A stretch of DNA of 64,000 bases from Clostridia bacterium. Its GTDB lineage: Bacteria; Bacillota; Clostridia; UMGS1883; UMGS1540. The position numbers and the translations under genes are program-made. The first letter of the stretch is position 1, and every line of letters begins with the position of its first letter. The stretch lies in contig JAZNQN010000044.1 in the NCBI GenBank assembly GCA_045590195.1, forward strand, positions 100,889 to 164,888, given 5' to 3'. A model generated the notes under the pieces. It saw only the letters and a list, made by a program, of their open reading frames with translations, ran no database searches and had not been told where the DNA came from. Of this stretch, positions 18,165 to 29,370 are shown piece by piece.

Positions 18165-19397
18165 ATGAGTATTGTTAAAGACAAATCTCTTTACAAAAGT
18201 GGCGAAGCAAAAATATCGTGGGTTAAAAAGAATATGCCCCTTCTTCGCTCAATTGAAGAAGATTTTATAAAAACAAAGCCTTTTGATGGCGCGAAAATTT
18301 CGATAAGTATTCACGTTGAAGCTAAAACTGCTTATATGGCACGTGTTCTTCAGTCTGGTGGTGCAAAAGTAACCGTAACCGGTTGTAACCCGCTTTCAAC
18401 TCAGGACGATGTTGCCGCTGCACTTTATGAGGGCGGAATTGAAACATTTGCAGTTCACGGCGTTTCTGACGAAGAATATTTTAAACACATAGGCTATTCT
18501 CTTGACAACTGCCCCGATATTTTCCTTGACGACGGTGGCGACCTTGTAAGTGCACTTCACGGCGAAAAAAGAGAGCTTGCAAAAAATGTTAAAGGCGGAA
18601 GCGAAGAAACAACAACCGGCGTTATGCGCCTTAAAGCAAGACAGGCACGAGGAGATTTGCTCTTCCCTATGATTTCGGCAAATGATGCTTTGTGCAAACA
18701 CCTCTTTGATAACCGATATGGTACAGGACAAAGCGTGTGGGACGGTTTTTCAAGAACAACAAACCTTATTATTGCCGGCAAAACCGTTGTAATTGCTGGA
18801 TACGGCTGGTGTGGCAGAGGCTGCGCTATGCGAGCAAAAGGTATGGGTGCAAGAGTTATTATATGCGAAATAGATGCGGTTAAAGCTATTGAAGCGGTTA
18901 TGGACGGATACGATGTTATGAGTATGGACGACGCCGCAGCTCTTGGCGATATTTTTATTACAGTTACAGGCTGCAAAGATGTTATAACCAAAAGGCATTT
19001 TGAAAAAATGAAAGATGGTGCAATTATGGGTAATGCAGGCCACTTCGATGTTGAAGTTTCACTTACCGACCTTGAAGGAATTTCCAGTGAACATTTTGAC
19101 ATAAAGCCTAACATAACCCAGTACAATGTTGGAAACAAAAACCTTTTTGTTTTAGCTTATGGCAGACTTTTGAACCTTGCCGCAGGCGATGGCCACCCGG
19201 CAGAAATTATGGATATGAGCTTTGCAATTCAAACAAAATCTCTTGAATATCTTATTAAAAACCACGCTTCAATGGAAAACAAAGTTTATGATGTTCCTGC
19301 CGAAATTGACGAATTTGTTGCCCGCCTTAAGCTTAAAGCCTGGGGCAAAACAATAGATGAGTTAACACCCGAACAGAAAGAATATATTTCAAAATAA
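18165..19397 (+). CDS. ahcY: adenosylhomocysteinase (S-adenosyl-L-homocysteine hydrolase)
   Basis: 410 aa with an NAD-binding GYGWCGRGCA motif, typical of the short bacterial/archaeal form of SAH hydrolase. Confidence 0.88.
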   Translation: MSIVKDKSLYKSGEAKISWVKKNMPLLRSIEEDFIKTKPFDGAKISISIHVEAKTAYMARVLQSGGAKVTVTGCNPLSTQDDVAAALYEGGIETFAVHGVSDEEYFKHIGYSLDNCPDIFLDDGGDLVSALHGEKRELAKNVKGGSEETTTGVMRLKARQARGDLLFPMISANDALCKHLFDNRYGTGQSVWDGFSRTTNLIIAGKTVVIAGYGWCGRGCAMRAKGMGARVIICEIDAVKAIEAVMDGYDVMSMDDAAALGDIFITVTGCKDVITKRHFEKMKDGAIMGNAGHFDVEVSLTDLEGISSEHFDIKPNITQYNVGNKNLFVLAYGRLLNLAAGDGHPAEIMDMSFAIQTKSLEYLIKNHASMENKVYDVPAEIDEFVARLKLKAWGKTIDELTPEQKEYISK

Positions 19398-19408
19398 TTT
19401 ATTCCATA

Positions 19409-19440
19409 AAAAATAAGCCTTGCAGAGGCTTATTTTTTAT
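19409..19440. terminator. bidirectional rho-independent terminator between ahcY and the antiporter gene
   Basis: AATAAGCCT-tgcag-AGGCTTATT flanked by AAAAAA and TTTTTT. It overlaps the antiporter stop codon. Confidence 0.7.
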
Positions 19441-21022
19441 GGTGTATAATAACATCGTCTTCTTTTATAACTGTTTTGCCGTGAGGAATAATAACTCTGC
19501 CGTTTCGTTTAATCATTATAATAAGCTCGTCAGACTGCGGAAGTTCACTAAGTTTCTTCCCTATTCTTGAATCTCCTTCATCAATATCGTGTTCGCTTAT
19601 TGAAAGCCCTTCAATACTGTCGCCCGATTCGCCGCCTAGAAACAAAGTATCGCGCGGCTTTAAAACAGTTTCGCCGTTTGGAACGATTTTTTCGTGGTTT
19701 CTTATTATAAGGGTTACCATAACCCCCGGCGGAAGGCCAATATTTTTTATTTTCTCTCCAACCCACTTATGTTTTTCAGAAAGCTGAAGTTTTATAAAGC
19801 TTACAGGCAGTTCATAAGTATAGTCGGTAAAAGTTTTCATAACATCGCCGCTTAAATCTGTCATATTAAGTTTTTTGGCGATAAAAGGAAGTAGTGTTCC
19901 CTGAATTAAAATTGAAAACAATACGATAAAGAACACTATGTGAAAAATATCGTTATCAGTTACAACGGGGCTTACCACCGCCAAAATTGCAAAAACAATT
20001 GATGCTGCACCTCGAAGCCCTGACCAGGAAATTAAAAGCTGCTGATTTATTGGGCACTTAAATGGCGTTAATAGTAAAAATACTGCCAACGGTCTTGCAA
20101 CAAATGTTATAAAAAGCGCAATCAAAAGCCCGGGCAGTGCAACAGCATCAAACTGTGAAGGAAAGGCCAAAAGCCCCAGTAAAAAGAAACAAAGTAGCTG
20201 CATAAGGCCAGTTACACCATCAAAAAAGTGAATAAGTGAGCGGCGGTTTCTGATTTCAGTATTACCTAAAATAATACCGGTAATATATGCACTTAAATAT
20301 CCGTTACCGCCAATGCATGCAGGCAAAGCATAGGATATAAGTGCAACTGCAACTATAAACACTGCGTCGAACCCTTCGGTGTGAAAACGATGTTTTTTAA
20401 GAAAAATCATCGAAGCCCATGCAACCAAAACGCCGCATGCCGCACCAAAAAACACCTGTGCAAAAAGCATATATAATATGGAACCTGTTGCCGTTTTACC
20501 CTCCATAAAAGAAAGCACCAAAATGGTAAGCATATAAGAAAAGGGGTCGTTACTGCCGCTTTCCATTTCAAGAAGTGAGGCGGTATTATATTTAAGGCTT
20601 AATTTTTTAGACCTTAATATTGAAAACACCGATGCCGCATCAGTTGAACTTATAACCGAGCCTATAAGAAAGCTCTCAAAAAAGCCTATTTTAAGAACAT
20701 AGTGGCAGAAAAGGCCCACAAATAATGCAGTTAACAAAACGCCTAATGTTGAAAGCAGAATTGACTTTCCCATAACCTTTTTCGCCTGAGAAATTCTAAC
20801 GCCCGCACCACCATAAAACATAATAAAAATAAGAGCTATGGTACAAATCTGCTCGGCAAACTGATAGTTTTCAAAAGGAATTTTAAAAATCCCGTCAGAG
20901 CCAAGTATCATACCAAGTATAATAAAAGCCAGAAGAGCAGGAACGCCGATTTTGCCCGATATTTTATTAAATATAACACACGCCAAAATTACAAGCGCCG
21001 CAATTAAAAGATAGCCAGGCAT
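19430..21022 (-). CDS. monovalent cation:proton antiporter (CPA1/NhaP-type K+/H+ antiporter) with a C-terminal TrkA-C-like regulatory domain
   Basis: About 400 aa of polytopic membrane domain plus a cytoplasmic C-terminal domain. Abuts the stop codon of the amylase gene. Confidence 0.78.
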   Translation of the reverse strand: MPGYLLIAALVILACVIFNKISGKIGVPALLAFIILGMILGSDGIFKIPFENYQFAEQICTIALIFIMFYGGAGVRISQAKKVMGKSILLSTLGVLLTALFVGLFCHYVLKIGFFESFLIGSVISSTDAASVFSILRSKKLSLKYNTASLLEMESGSNDPFSYMLTILVLSFMEGKTATGSILYMLFAQVFFGAACGVLVAWASMIFLKKHRFHTEGFDAVFIVAVALISYALPACIGGNGYLSAYITGIILGNTEIRNRRSLIHFFDGVTGLMQLLCFFLLGLLAFPSQFDAVALPGLLIALFITFVARPLAVFLLLTPFKCPINQQLLISWSGLRGAASIVFAILAVVSPVVTDNDIFHIVFFIVLFSILIQGTLLPFIAKKLNMTDLSGDVMKTFTDYTYELPVSFIKLQLSEKHKWVGEKIKNIGLPPGVMVTLIIRNHEKIVPNGETVLKPRDTLFLGGESGDSIEGLSISEHDIDEGDSRIGKKLSELPQSDELIIMIKRNGRVIIPHGKTVIKEDDVIIHHKK

Positions 21023-22873
21023 TTATTTTCCTTCCTCTCTTAAAAACAGGGCAAAACCCTTCTCGCCAATTAAAACTTTATCATCACTTGATTCTGCATT
21101 TCTTAAAACTGCAGGATTTAAAAATTCACAAGCAAATTGATTTTTACCCATGTTTATAACCATAGTGGCAGTTTCGTTTTTATATTTTCTTCCAAAAACC
21201 AAAACATTCTCTTCTGTTTCAAAAGTTATGTTACCTCTTTGTAAAGCAACATTTTCATTTTTAAACTTTGAAAGTGTTTTTATAAACTCAAAAAGCTCGT
21301 CGTTTTTAAACTTTTCAGTAAAATAGCCGCGGCAAAAGGGGTCGCCAAAGCCTTGCATAGCCACCTCGTCGCCATAATATATGCAGGCTGTACCGGGCAA
21401 GGTAAACTGTAAAAATGTTGCCACAAAAACCTTTTGAATTGCTTTATCAAGTTCCTCGCCGCAAAGAATATATTCAGCTTTTTCAGCTTTAGTCATATTT
21501 TTGTCAGCTTCAGAAAGAGCTGTTATAATTCTTTCAGTATCGTGAGTTGAAAGGCTGTTCATAAGGCTATGCAGTGCATCGGCAGGGTAGTTTTCCGCAA
21601 TATTCATAATTTGCGAAGCAAAGTCTTTCACAGAAATTTTGCCACAAACTAAATCAATAATCGCATTTTTGAAAACATAGTTCATAACGCTGTCAAGCTC
21701 GGCGTGAGAAAAATATTTTCTTCTTTTGCCATAGCTTATTTTGTTTGAAGCATCTTCCCAAACCTCGCCGATTACAAAGCTTTCCTTCTTAACTTCTTTA
21801 ACCTTATCCCTAAGAAGTTTTATAAACTCATCAGGCAGTTCATCGGCTACATCAAGGCGAAAGCCATCTGCGCCAAGTGAAAGCCAATGCTCTACTACGC
21901 TATCTTTATCGCGGATAATGTAATTTAAAAAGCCCTCACTAAGTTCCTCTACACAGGGCAGTGTTTCTATTCCCCACCATGCATCATATTTATCGGGAAA
22001 ACTTATAAAATTAAACCAATCCTTATAAGGCGAGGTTTCATTTGAGCAAACACCGCTGCCAAATTCATTTTCTTTGTCAAAATAAATACTGCGGCTTCCT
22101 GTATGAGAAAAAACGCCGTCAAGTATAATTTTAATTCCCCTCTCGTGTGCCGAGCGACAAAGTGATTTAAAATCGTTTTCATTACCTAAAAGCGGGTCAA
22201 TAGTTTTATAATCGCAGGTATCGTATCTGTGATTTGAATAAGCCTTGAAAATAGGGTTTAAATATATAATGGAAACCCCAAGGCTTTTAATATAATCAAG
22301 CTTTTTCTCTATTCCCTCTAAGTTTCCGCCATAAAAGTCACAATTTAAAACTTTTCCGTTTTCATCAGGCAGAAATTCAGGGGTTTCTTCCAAATCAGTA
22401 TGAATTTTAAAAGGCTTTAATTTTTCATCAAAGGGGCAAAGTCGCACTCTATGAAATCTGTCAGGAAAAATCTGATACATAACCTTGCCCTGAAAACATT
22501 CGGGCACGGCAAAATTTTTGTCATAACAGGTTATCTGCCAAAGGTTGCCCTCTTCAATATTTGTATCGCTCTCGCCATATTTATAAAGGGCAAAATCAGA
22601 TTCTTCGCAGTAAAAATAAAAATAATAAAAATATAGGCCGCAATCCGATAATGAAAAAGTGGCAGAATATGTTTCGTAACTGTCACATTTTCCTGAAAGC
22701 GAAAGGGAAACAATAAATTCCCCTCCGCTTATATCGTTTTTAAGCCTACACTCTACCGCCTTTGTGCGGCAGGAAGCGGGAACTTTAACTGAAATTTTAC
22801 ATTCCTCTCCCTGCCTTAGTGCACCAAAAGGCGATTTATATTCAGTTTTTTTGGAATCGTAAAGTATTCTCAA
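21023..22873 (-). CDS. GH13 alpha-amylase-family enzyme (neopullulanase/cyclomaltodextrinase-like, N-terminal beta-domain)
   Basis: GH13 regions: DGVFSHTG, GADGFRLDVADELP (catalytic Asp), VIGEVWED (Glu), and NSLSTHDTER (His/Asp region IV). Confidence 0.88.
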   Translation of the reverse strand: MRILYDSKKTEYKSPFGALRQGEECKISVKVPASCRTKAVECRLKNDISGGEFIVSLSLSGKCDSYETYSATFSLSDCGLYFYYFYFYCEESDFALYKYGESDTNIEEGNLWQITCYDKNFAVPECFQGKVMYQIFPDRFHRVRLCPFDEKLKPFKIHTDLEETPEFLPDENGKVLNCDFYGGNLEGIEKKLDYIKSLGVSIIYLNPIFKAYSNHRYDTCDYKTIDPLLGNENDFKSLCRSAHERGIKIILDGVFSHTGSRSIYFDKENEFGSGVCSNETSPYKDWFNFISFPDKYDAWWGIETLPCVEELSEGFLNYIIRDKDSVVEHWLSLGADGFRLDVADELPDEFIKLLRDKVKEVKKESFVIGEVWEDASNKISYGKRRKYFSHAELDSVMNYVFKNAIIDLVCGKISVKDFASQIMNIAENYPADALHSLMNSLSTHDTERIITALSEADKNMTKAEKAEYILCGEELDKAIQKVFVATFLQFTLPGTACIYYGDEVAMQGFGDPFCRGYFTEKFKNDELFEFIKTLSKFKNENVALQRGNITFETEENVLVFGRKYKNETATMVINMGKNQFACEFLNPAVLRNAESSDDKVLIGEKGFALFLREEGK

Positions 22874-22892
22874 ATCAACCTATCCTTTTATA

Positions 22893-25304
22893 TTATTTGC
22901 AATGCCAGATGTTTTTTGCATATTCAAGCACAGCTCTGTCAGAGGAGAAAATGCCTGCTTTTGCAATATTAACAAGCGACATATCGAAAAACTTATTCTT
23001 ATCCATATAAGTTTCGCCAACTCTCTGCTGAGCTTTTACATAAGAATCGAAATCTGCAATAGTCATATATGCATCGGCTGTGCCATATGCGTTTGTAAGA
23101 AGCGATGCGGCAATATCATCAAATCTTGCGCCGAGCACATTTGAAGTAAGCATATCCAAAACCTTTTTAAGGCTGTCGTTATTTCTTATAAAGTCGGTTG
23201 GAGAATAGCCTTTGCGCCATAAATCTTCAACCTCGTCGGCATGCATACCAAAAAGGAAAATGTTATCCTCGCCAACTGCCTCGGAAATTTCAACATTAGC
23301 GCCATCAAGTGTACCAAGGGTTACAGCGCCGTTTATCATAAGTTTCATATTACCTGTTCCCGATGCCTCTTTGCCGGCAATTGAAATCTGCTCGGAAATA
23401 TCAGCCGCAGGAATAATTTTTTCTGCAAGAGAAACGCGGTAATCTTCGATAAATACAACTTTAATTTTGTCCCTTACAACGGGGTCGTTATTTACAAGGT
23501 TTGAAACTGCAACAATAAGCCTAATAATCTGTTTTGCCATAAAGTAACCTGCCGATGCTTTTGCCGCAAAAACAAATGTTCTTGGCGGAATGTTAATGGA
23601 AGGGTTTTCTTTAATAACATTATACATATGCATAATCTGCAAAACATTTAAAAGCTGACGTTTGTATTCGTGAAGCCTTTTAATCTGAATATCAAATAAA
23701 GAATCCGGGTCTACATTTACGCCATTTGCAGTGGAAATGTATTTTGCAAGTCTTATTTTATTGTTTCTTTTAATTTTTTCAAGATTTTCATGAACTGCTG
23801 CATCGCCCCTGAATTTCATTAAATCTTCAAGCGCAGTTGCATTTTTCTTAAATTTAGGGCCGATAAGTTCTTCAATATAGTCAGTAAGTTCAGGGTTTGC
23901 CTGCATAAGCCATCTTCTGTAAGCAATACCGTTTGTAACGTTAGTAAACTTTTTGGGGGCAATATTATAGTAATCTTTAAAAATGCTCTCAGTTAAAATG
24001 TTTGAATGAAGCTTTGAAACGCCGTTTACGCTGTGGCAGCAGGCAAGACAAAGGTTAGCCATTTTAACTTCGCCAAAAGCGATTGGAGCCATATATTCGA
24101 TTTTTGCGTGGTCGCCCGGATAAATTTCGTAAAGCGACTGCACAAGGCGGCGGTTAATTTCCGCAACAATCTGATAAATTCTTGGCAGCTGATCGCGGAA
24201 CATATTTTCGTTCCAGCGCTCCAGTGCTTCGCTCATAACTGTGTGGTTAGTGTAAGAGAGAGTCTTCTCTGCAATTGCCCATGCATCGTCCCAGCCGTAT
24301 GAATATTCGTCCATTAAAATACGCATAAGCTCAGGTACACAAAGGGCAGGATGAGTATCGTTTATATGAACCGAAACTTTATCTGCAAGGTTATCAAGAG
24401 TTTTGTATCTCTTAAAGTGCTTTGAAACAATTGTCTGAAGCGATGCACTAACAAAGAAATACTGCTGACGAAGCCTTAAAATTTTGCCGTCAATATGGTC
24501 ATCGGCAGGATACAAAATTTTAGAAATAACCTCTGCTCTTGTATTCTCTTCAAGAGCTTTTGCATAATCGCCGCGCGAAAAAGCTGCCATATCAAGGCTT
24601 TTTGGCGATTTAGCGCTCCACAAAACAAGTTTGTTAACAGCCGCACTATCGTAACCTGATATAAACATATCATAAGGCACGGCGATAACCGATGAATAAT
24701 CTACGTGCTGTGCACTGTAGCCGTTTTCATCGAATTTTTCCAAAACTCTGCCGCCGAATTTAACTTCCATTGATTCATCTGCTCTTGCGCTGAGCCATAC
24801 ATCGCCCATTCCCAGCCAATCGTCAGGAAATTCCATCTGCCATCCGTCAACAACCTTCTGCCTGAAAATACCAAACTCGTATCTGATAGAATAACCTGTT
24901 GCAGGTATTCCAGTGGAAGAGAGCGAGTCCATATAGCAGGAAGCAAGCCTTCCAAGGCCGCCGTTACCAAGGCCTGCATCAGGCTCCATTTCGTAAAGCT
25001 TATCAATATCAATGCCCATTTTCTTAAGAGCACCGCGGAACTGTTTTTCAATTTTTAAGTTGGAAAGATTATTTCGAAGTGAAGTACCTACCAAAAATTC
25101 CATTGAAAGGTAATACACCTGTTTTTCTTCTTTTTCTTTTACCTTTTTGTTAAACTCAAGGTTTTTCTCTGCCAAAATATCGCGAATAACCAAGCAAAGG
25201 CTTTTGTAAACCTGGATATCAGTAGCATCGGCAATAGTACAGCCAAACTGCTTTTTACAGGTTTCCTCCATCAGATTAAGCGCTGTTTTCTGGTCCATTT
25301 TCAT
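22893..25304 (-). CDS. glgP: glycogen/alpha-glucan phosphorylase
   Basis: EASGTGNMKLMINGAVTLGTLDGANVEI PLP-lysine region and a GT35 layout. Start set at MKMDQKT (25304) with an AAAGGA RBS; the track extension to 25367 is rejected. Confidence 0.92.
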   Translation of the reverse strand: MKMDQKTALNLMEETCKKQFGCTIADATDIQVYKSLCLVIRDILAEKNLEFNKKVKEKEEKQVYYLSMEFLVGTSLRNNLSNLKIEKQFRGALKKMGIDIDKLYEMEPDAGLGNGGLGRLASCYMDSLSSTGIPATGYSIRYEFGIFRQKVVDGWQMEFPDDWLGMGDVWLSARADESMEVKFGGRVLEKFDENGYSAQHVDYSSVIAVPYDMFISGYDSAAVNKLVLWSAKSPKSLDMAAFSRGDYAKALEENTRAEVISKILYPADDHIDGKILRLRQQYFFVSASLQTIVSKHFKRYKTLDNLADKVSVHINDTHPALCVPELMRILMDEYSYGWDDAWAIAEKTLSYTNHTVMSEALERWNENMFRDQLPRIYQIVAEINRRLVQSLYEIYPGDHAKIEYMAPIAFGEVKMANLCLACCHSVNGVSKLHSNILTESIFKDYYNIAPKKFTNVTNGIAYRRWLMQANPELTDYIEELIGPKFKKNATALEDLMKFRGDAAVHENLEKIKRNNKIRLAKYISTANGVNVDPDSLFDIQIKRLHEYKRQLLNVLQIMHMYNVIKENPSINIPPRTFVFAAKASAGYFMAKQIIRLIVAVSNLVNNDPVVRDKIKVVFIEDYRVSLAEKIIPAADISEQISIAGKEASGTGNMKLMINGAVTLGTLDGANVEISEAVGEDNIFLFGMHADEVEDLWRKGYSPTDFIRNNDSLKKVLDMLTSNVLGARFDDIAASLLTNAYGTADAYMTIADFDSYVKAQQRVGETYMDKNKFFDMSLVNIAKAGIFSSDRAVLEYAKNIWHCK

Positions 25305-25329
25305 ATATATAACACATCCTTTCAAAAGT

Positions 25330-25365
25330 GTAAAAACATAAATTGGGAAGACAAAAAGTCTTCCC
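25330..25365 (-). terminator. hairpin in the glgA-glgP intergenic region (partial terminator or processing site)
   Basis: GGGAAGAC-aaaaa-GTCTTCCC, then an interrupted U-tract on the minus strand. Confidence 0.35.
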
Positions 25366-25400
25366 AAAAATTATATCACAAATTCAACTAAAAATCAAGT

Positions 25401-26855
25401 TTATTGGCAAATCTCTCTGTAAAGCCATAAATATTTTTCCCCAGCCTCTTCCCAGCTGAAATCAATTTTCATAACACCCGCGCGAAGTTTTGCCATTTTT
25501 TCGCTGTCCTTATAAAAATCGGCCGCTCTTTCAATGGCATAAAGCATATCGTGAGCATTGAAAAGTTTAAAGGTAAAACCTCTGCCCTCACTGGTTTCCG
25601 TATTTACAGGCTTAACAGTATCAAAAAGGCCACCTGTTTCTCTTACAATTGGAATTGTGCCATAGCGCATTGCAATCATCTGCGAAAGGCCACAAGGCTC
25701 ACTTTTTGATGGCATTAAGAAAAAGTCGGCCGCGGCATAAAGCTTTGATGCCATTTTAGCATCAAACAAAATATTTGCCGAAATTTTTTCAGGATAAGCC
25801 TGAGCCGCGTGTTTAAACATTTCTTCAAAATGCTTGTCACCCGTACCGATTATTACAAGCTGAATATCCATTTTTGCAAGGTTTTCCAAAACGCCTTCAA
25901 CAAGCTCTAGGCCTTTGTGTTTCACAAGGCGGGTAATCATAGCAAACATCGGTACATCACTTTCGGGAAGCCCCAGCTCTTTCTGCAACGCTTTTTTGCA
26001 TTTTTCCTTGCCCGCAAGTTTTTCAGCGGTAAATTTATGCGGAATTTTTTCGTCCTTTGCGCTATTATATAAATCGGTGTCAATGCCGTTTACAATGCCG
26101 CAGGTTTTATATCGATTATCGCTTATAATATCCTGAAGGCCGTGAGCAAAGTATGAAAACGAAAGCTCGTTTGCATAAGTTTCGGAAACTGTTGTAAGCT
26201 TATCACAAAGCACAATTGCGCATTTCATTGCGTTTATCATATTATCGTGGGTAGCATCAATTCTGTATTTTTCATCAACACCCAAAACATCCTGCAGAAA
26301 ATCGCCGTTTGCAAGGCCCTGGTATTCGATATTATGAATTGTGTATACTGTTTTAATGTTTTTGTATAAGTCAATATGGCTGTAATGTGCTTTTAAAAAC
26401 AGCGGCAAAAAGCCAGTTTGCCAGTCGTTTGCGTGAATTATATCAGGCACAAAATCAATATGCTGCAAAGCCTCTAAAACTGCTTTTGAAAAATAGGCAA
26501 ATCTTTCGCCGTCGTCCTCGCAACCATAAAGTGTGCCGCGGCAAAAATAGCTTTCATTATCAACAAAGTAATATGTTACTTTTGTTCCTTTTCTTTTGCC
26601 CGCACCTCTCTTTTTAATCTCAGCCTTAAAAATACCAACATGGCAATTTCTCCAGGCAAGAGTCATTCCAAAAGAGGTTAAAAATTCAATATTTTCAAAC
26701 CCCGCTTCTTTTATCTTGTCGTAGTAAGGTAAAATAACCGCTACTTCCGCATCGGGATTTTTTGAAAGCTGTGGTGGCAGAGCACCCATAACATCGCCAA
26801 GACCGCCCGATTTAATAAAAGGTGCCGCTTCGCTTGCTGCAAATAAAATTTTCAT
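25401..26855 (-). CDS. glgA: glycogen synthase (ADP-glucose-type, GT5)
   Basis: N-terminal EAAPFIKSGGLGDV motif (KxGGL) and a GT-B fold. Confidence 0.92.
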   Translation of the reverse strand: MKILFAASEAAPFIKSGGLGDVMGALPPQLSKNPDAEVAVILPYYDKIKEAGFENIEFLTSFGMTLAWRNCHVGIFKAEIKKRGAGKRKGTKVTYYFVDNESYFCRGTLYGCEDDGERFAYFSKAVLEALQHIDFVPDIIHANDWQTGFLPLFLKAHYSHIDLYKNIKTVYTIHNIEYQGLANGDFLQDVLGVDEKYRIDATHDNMINAMKCAIVLCDKLTTVSETYANELSFSYFAHGLQDIISDNRYKTCGIVNGIDTDLYNSAKDEKIPHKFTAEKLAGKEKCKKALQKELGLPESDVPMFAMITRLVKHKGLELVEGVLENLAKMDIQLVIIGTGDKHFEEMFKHAAQAYPEKISANILFDAKMASKLYAAADFFLMPSKSEPCGLSQMIAMRYGTIPIVRETGGLFDTVKPVNTETSEGRGFTFKLFNAHDMLYAIERAADFYKDSEKMAKLRAGVMKIDFSWEEAGEKYLWLYREICQ

Positions 26856-26885
26856 ATATTTTGTCTATTCCTTTCAATGTGTGTA

Positions 26886-28004
26886 TCAGATAGTAACTCC
26901 TTTGTGAATTACAATAGGAGAAGATGAACCGCCCACAAGCACAGCGCCGGGGGTTATAGTTGCATCTTTATCTATAATTGCGTTTTCTATTCTTGCGCCT
27001 TTTCCAATGGTTGTTCCCTGCATTATTATGGAGTTTTTAACCTTTGCCCCCTCCTCAACAGAAACATTGCGGAATAAAACCGAGTTTTCAAGCTTTCCGC
27101 CAATAACGCAACCGTCGGCAACAAGGCAATCGGATACAGAAGAACCATCAGCATAATATGTTGGCGCTTCATCACGAACTTTTGTGTAGATTGGCGCTTT
27201 TTTATAAAATATATCTACTCTAACATTTTCGTCCATAAGTTTAAAATTATTCTTAAAATAAGATAAAATGTTATGGTTTCGAAGAACGGGCCTGTCAAAT
27301 TTAAACACATTTATTTTGATGCTGTCTTCAACAAAGCTTGAAAGCAAAAAGTCTTTTTCAAAGCTGTAACGGCCCCTTGAAACATAGTTATTTATAATAT
27401 TTATCAAAAACTTTCTTTCAACTATGAACATTCCCATACCGATAAGGGAATCGTCGCCTAAATTTTTGCCGATAGCAAGGTCGATAACCTCTCCTCTTGA
27501 ATTGGTTTTAAGGTGAAGGTCGCTATCGTCTTTTTCATAGCCTTCAATGTCTGCACTGGCAATAGCAGTAACATCGGCACCTGATTTAATATGATTTTCA
27601 AGAGCCTGTTCAAAATCTATATTGCAAATAACCGCAGTATCACACATTACAACGTAATCAGGCTTATTCTGCTGAAGGAAATTAACGGCGTTTGAAAGTG
27701 CCTCCAAATTTCCTCTGTAAACATTTGTTCCGCCTGTAACAAACGGTGGTAAAAAGTAAAGATTTGTATTTTTATGATTTAAATCCCACTCAAGGCCTGA
27801 ACCAATATGGTCCATAAGCGACTGGTAGTTGTATTTTGTAATAATACCAATTTTGGAAATGTTTGAATTTACCATATTTGAAAGGGCAAAGTCAACCAGG
27901 CGGTATCTGCCGCCAAAAGGCAGAGATGCCACAGTTCTTCTCATTGTTAAATCTCCAAGAGAGGTATCGTAAATATTCGAAAATATAATTCCTGTCATTT
28001 TCAT
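26886..28004 (-). CDS. glgD: glucose-1-phosphate adenylyltransferase regulatory subunit GlgD
   Basis: NTP-transferase fold lacking the catalytic G-rich loop (…SLPFGGRYRLVDFALSNMVNS), then a left-handed beta-helix. Sits immediately downstream of glgC. Confidence 0.88.
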   Translation of the reverse strand: MKMTGIIFSNIYDTSLGDLTMRRTVASLPFGGRYRLVDFALSNMVNSNISKIGIITKYNYQSLMDHIGSGLEWDLNHKNTNLYFLPPFVTGGTNVYRGNLEALSNAVNFLQQNKPDYVVMCDTAVICNIDFEQALENHIKSGADVTAIASADIEGYEKDDSDLHLKTNSRGEVIDLAIGKNLGDDSLIGMGMFIVERKFLINIINNYVSRGRYSFEKDFLLSSFVEDSIKINVFKFDRPVLRNHNILSYFKNNFKLMDENVRVDIFYKKAPIYTKVRDEAPTYYADGSSVSDCLVADGCVIGGKLENSVLFRNVSVEEGAKVKNSIIMQGTTIGKGARIENAIIDKDATITPGAVLVGGSSSPIVIHKGVTI

Positions 28005-28018
28005 AGTAGTGCCCTCCC

Positions 28019-29197
28019 TTAAAGTATAGTTTCGTCGGCATCAACTACTGTGCCCTTGCCGACAACACAAATATTTTTCTTTGTAGCTGATGGATTTGAC
28101 GGAATTTTTCCTATCTTCGCGCCCGTTCCAATAGTACACTGTTCGCCGATAATTGAGTATTTTACAACTGCGCCCTGTTCAACTTTTGTATCCGGCATAA
28201 TAACACTGTTCATAATTACAGCGTCTTCCGCAATTGTGCAGCCTGTTGAAATAATTGAGTTTATAACATTTCCCTTAACCCTGCTGCCCTCTGCCACAAA
28301 GGAATTTTTAATTTCGGCAGTTTTTGAAATAAGTGCCGGTGGCTCAGCATAGTTTCTGGCATATATTTTAAACTTAGAGTCTTTAATCTCTATAGGAACA
28401 TCAGGGTCAAGCAAATCCATATTAGCTTCCCAAAGGCTCTGAATTGTTCCAACATCTTTCCAATAACCTGAAAATTCGTATGCAAAAACCTTCTTCTTAT
28501 CGTCTAAAAGTGCATTTATAATGTTTTTACCAAAATCGTTTGAAGAATTTGGGTCGGCCTCGTCGGCAATAAGATATTTTTTAAGCACCTTCCAGTTAAA
28601 AAGATATATTCCCATAGAAGCCTTTGTGCTTTTTGGCTGCTTTGGTTTTTCTTCGAATTCGTAAATTGAGTGGTCTGCCCTTGTGTTCATAATACCAAAA
28701 CGTGATGCCTCTTCAATAGGAACATCTAAAACGGCTATTGTACATTCGCTGCCTTTTTCTTTGTGGTAGCGAAGCATTTTATGATAGTCCATTTTATAAA
28801 TATGGTCACCTGAAAGAACAAGAACATATTCAGGGTCATACCTGTCAACAAAATTTATATTCTGATAAATTGCATTGGCAGTTCCTTTGTACCATTCACT
28901 TTTTTTACTTTTGGCGTACGGCGGCAAAACGTGAACGCCGCCAAAGTTACGGCTAAGGCCCCAAGGAGCGCCGTTTCCTATGTAATCGTTAAGTTCAAGT
29001 GGCTGATACTGAGTCATAATTCCAACTGTATCAATACCTGAATTTACACAGTTTGACAAAGGAAAATCGATAATACGGTATTTCCCTCCGAAAGGAACTG
29101 CAGGTTTGGCCGTTTTTTCTGTTAAAACCTGAAGTCTGCTGCCCTGACCGCCTGCAAGGAGCATTGCAATACATTCTTTACTTCTTCCGCGTATCAT
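28019..29197 (-). CDS. glgC: glucose-1-phosphate adenylyltransferase
   Basis: LAGGQGSRL…[23 protein letters not shown] motifs. GGAGGTG RBS 9 nt upstream. Confidence 0.92.
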   Translation of the reverse strand: MIRGRSKECIAMLLAGGQGSRLQVLTEKTAKPAVPFGGKYRIIDFPLSNCVNSGIDTVGIMTQYQPLELNDYIGNGAPWGLSRNFGGVHVLPPYAKSKKSEWYKGTANAIYQNINFVDRYDPEYVLVLSGDHIYKMDYHKMLRYHKEKGSECTIAVLDVPIEEASRFGIMNTRADHSIYEFEEKPKQPKSTKASMGIYLFNWKVLKKYLIADEADPNSSNDFGKNIINALLDDKKKVFAYEFSGYWKDVGTIQSLWEANMDLLDPDVPIEIKDSKFKIYARNYAEPPALISKTAEIKNSFVAEGSRVKGNVINSIISTGCTIAEDAVIMNSVIMPDTKVEQGAVVKYSIIGEQCTIGTGAKIGKIPSNPSATKKNICVVGKGTVVDADETIL

Positions 29198-29370
29198 AAA
29201 AGATACACCTCCAATTTGTTATGATGTCCTTTAAAAAAACAATGTACAACAAATACAATAATCTCCTTTTTTTGGAAATTACCGACAAGTTGCATAATTA
29301 TTTTATAAATATTATATCACATTTAGTTAAAAATTACTATATAAATTTTATACAAAAATACAATTCTTTT

